This document shows positions 61,060 to 64,000 of a DNA stretch of 64,000 nucleotides, piece by piece (positions within the stretch are counted from its first letter, which is position 1; each line of letters begins with the position of its first letter). The position numbers were made by a program, and so were the translations under genes. Origin of the DNA: the human T2T-CHM13v2.0 reference genome, Homo sapiens; the NCBI RefSeq assembly GCF_009914755.1, contig NC_060932.1; one strand, 5' to 3'. Under the pieces are notes generated by a model. That model did not search any database, was not told the DNA's origin, and was given only the letters and a program-made list of their open reading frames with translations.

Positions 61060-61650
61060 ATAAGAAGAGGGCTGTCTCACAAACCCAAGGGAGGAACCCC
61101 AGTGAGGTTCTGTGAGATGACCACCCAAATATAATGGATTTGGCAGTTAGGACATGGATGACCTATTCTATCCGATTTCAGCCAACTGGTGAGGGCTAAA
61201 ATCAGGTTTCCCAGGATTGAGAAGTAAGTGAGAGATGAGATATTTCTTCCAGGAAGCTTGGCAATGAAACAGAGGAGAAGAAAAGGGAAGTAACTTGGTG
61301 GAGAGTGTGACACTAGAGAAGGTTTCTATACAATAGTAATATTTGTGCATGATTATAGGAAGGAAGAAAGGAATAAAGAGAAGAGAGAAATACGGTAGAA
61401 AAAATAATGAAATAAATCCCCAGAGAAAGTGGAAAAGAAGGAAGATCATTAGCAAAGTTGAAAAAAAATTGATTTTTGAAGAAAGTAAAGATTCCTTCTG
61501 CCTCAGATAGGAGGGAGAAAAGGATGGATGAATATATGGTAACTCTGAAAGTGGACAAGAGGGAAATGGAGGCATTAAGATATTTCATAGATTTTTTTTT
61601 TTCTGAAAAACTGGGAAGCCAGGCTGTCTGCCAAAAGCAGATATAACTAA
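61060..61650 (-). mobile_element. L2 relic
   Basis: ggatttggcagttaggacatggatgacc...aagcttggcaatgaaacagaggaga. Confidence 0.55.
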
Positions 61651-62589
61651 TGGAGATGTGAATTAGACTGGACTGATTTTACATGGAGAGCTCAAGAGAT
61701 GTTATGAAAATTGGTCTCTAAGGACAGAAGCTTAGAAAAGGGAATAATAACTCCTATTTATTTACTGTCACTTCTTTAACCATTACACTTCCAGGAAAAA
61801 TAACACTTTAAAATAAGGAAATAAGGAGTGACACTCGGGCAGTAGTAGAAACATTGGCAACACTTTTGTCTGAAAGAGAAAGTGCAGCTGACTGGTATCT
61901 GAGATCTGAACGCGGAGCATGTCAATTGCACTCATAAAGCAGAAAGGTAGCAGCAGCCCAAGACAAGGTAACTATTACTTTCATTCTTGGATTCTCAGGC
62001 AGAACTGTGGAGAGATGCCTTCATAACCTCAGGTGTCCCTGACTTGCCTGTTTGGCACAAAAGGGGGAAGCAGAGTGTTACCCCAAATGCTGCATTTATA
62101 TCGCTTCCTCAGCTCTAGTTGTCAGCACCTGTCAAGGCAAGAGAAAAACAATGCCAAATGAAATAGGGAGCTGAAGAAAATAAACAAGTCTCAGCAGAGC
62201 ACCAGGTAACACAGACTGCTTCCTGGTTGCTTCCCAAGTTTAGAAAACAGTAAGTTCTAAGAAACTAGAGTTTTATTAGAAAAGGAAAAATATTTAGCTT
62301 ACACTGACCCAACATGTGTAACAATTCTTCATAAAATTGTTGGCCAAAAATGGGTGATACTCCAAAATGTTTAAATAAACAAATATTAATCCAAAACAGT
62401 TTATGTTTCCAAAAGAGTGATGCTTTGAAGATTGGATACACAAGTGAACTATGTATACTCTCCAGCTAAGGAGTCAAACACCTAATCAAAATTTAGCCAA
62501 TTATTCTTTACTAACGATATATTAACTCAAGAAAATCATAACCATGAAATTATGATTATATGAAAGCATTGGCTAAATATAAATCCTGT

Positions 62590-64000
62590 CAACAGAAGTG
62601 CATAGGACTACAGAAGCAAAACCAGAAGACCCTGTCCAGCATTCACTACAGTCACATTCCCTACACAGGGAGGTAAAAGAAAGGAAAAGAAGAAAATATA
62701 TACAGGGAAATAAAAAAACAAAAAAATGGTACTTGCATGAAAATAATTGCAAAGACTAGAAATGCCAGCATCTCCAGATGAGAAGGAACCAGTGCAAGAA
62801 TTCTGGCACCATGAAAAATCTGAATGTGGCACCACCACCAAAGGATGGCACTAGCTCCCCAGTAATGGTCTGTAACCAAAATGGAAACTCAGAAATGACA
62901 GATAAAGAATTCAGAGCGGACTGCAAGGAAGTTTAACAAGATCCAAGAGAAGGTTGAAAATCAACACAAAGAAACTTCTAAAGCAATCCAGGAAATGAAG
63001 GAAGAGATAAACATCTAAAAAAGAAAAAAAAAGAAAAGGAAAAAAAATTTTAATGGGAGTATATAAAGCGACCAAATGAATGGATTATTGGCATTCCTGA
63101 GAGAGATGGAGGCAAAGAGAACAACCTAGAAAACATACTTGAGGGGATAATTCAAGAAAATTTCCCTAATCTTGCTAGACAGGTAGACATCCAGATACAA
63201 GAAATCTAGAGAACACCTACAAGATATTATACAAAATGAACATTACCACAGCATACACTCGTCAGACTGTCCAAGGTCAACACTAAAGAAAAAAATTGTA
63301 AAGACACCTACAGAAAAAGGTCTGATCACATACAAGGGCCTACCAGGCTACTAGTGGACTTCTCAGCAGAAACCTTACAAGCCAGGAGAGACTGGGAGAC
63401 TATTTTCAGCATTCATAAAGAAAAGAAATTCCAAGCAAGAGTCTCACATCCCACCAAACCAAGCTTCATAAGCAAAGGACAAATAATTTTTTCCACTGAA
63501 GCAAGCGCTAAGGAAATTTGTTACCACTAGACCAACCTTACAAGACATCCTTAAGGGAGGTCTAAACATAGAAATGAAAGAATGATACCTGTTACCACAA
63601 AAACACCCTTAAGTACGTAGCCCACAGATCCTATAAAGCAACCATGCAATAGGAACTACAAAGCAAACAGTTGAAAACTTCCATCTCATTCTATGAAGCC
63701 AGCATCACTCTGATGCCAAAACCTGGCAAAGACACAAAAAAGAAAACTGCGTGTTACTATCTCTGATGAACAAAGATGCAAGTCCTCAACAAAATGCTAC
63801 TAAACCAAATCCAGCAGCACATCAAAAAGTCAGGCTTTATTCCTCAGATGCAACTTTGGTTCAAAATCAATAAATGTGATTCAACACATAAACAGAATTA
63901 AAAACAAAAACTATATGATCCTCTCCATAGGTGAGGAAAAAGCTTTTGATAAAAATTCAACATCCCTTCATGATAAGGTTTTTTTCAGGAAACTTGGCAT
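62590..64000 (+). mobile_element. L1PB/L1MA-like element: 5'UTR end, decayed ORF1, deleted ORF2 start, RT fragment
   Basis: ORF1 start at 62778 (MRRNQCKNSGTMKNLN...SEMTDKEF); RT-type tcattctatgaagccagcatcactctgatgccaaaacc at about 63686. Confidence 0.88.

Overview
Primate (human-like) non-coding genomic DNA dominated by interspersed repeats: about 29 Alus (J, S and Y types), L1s of several ages, L2/MIR relics, many solo LTRs (LTR16 with ERVL internal sequence, LTR8, MER41A, two MER57, MaLRs, MLT2) and DNA transposons (MER85, MER1B, MER5A, MER33, MER63A, MER96). I found no CpG island, no recognisable protein-coding exon and no RNA gene. The ORFs in the track are explained by repeats, low complexity or chance, and I could not name the locus. 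The most notable non-routine structures are: (1) a ~500 bp templated insertion at 47.44-47.94 kb, made of an inverted and a direct copy of sequence 2-3 kb downstream, with microhomology junctions and a much better conserved inverted arm, which leaves ~290 bp inverted repeats around a 2.07 kb invertible segment; (2) a higher-order minisatellite at 30.47-30.72 kb carrying six CCAAGGCCA (NR5A-type) motifs, ~600 bp from a 484 bp G-rich purine tract that replaces an Alu tail; (3) a probable retrocopied 3'UTR at ~16.9-19.9 kb; (4) a MER85 with an intact PGBD3-binding palindrome; (5) a twin-primed L1 and a templated micro-insertion inside another L1. I see no evidence for a new multi-gene system. Repeat subfamily names come from recall of consensus sequences and need RepeatMasker/Dfam confirmation. 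Identity figures are hand counts.
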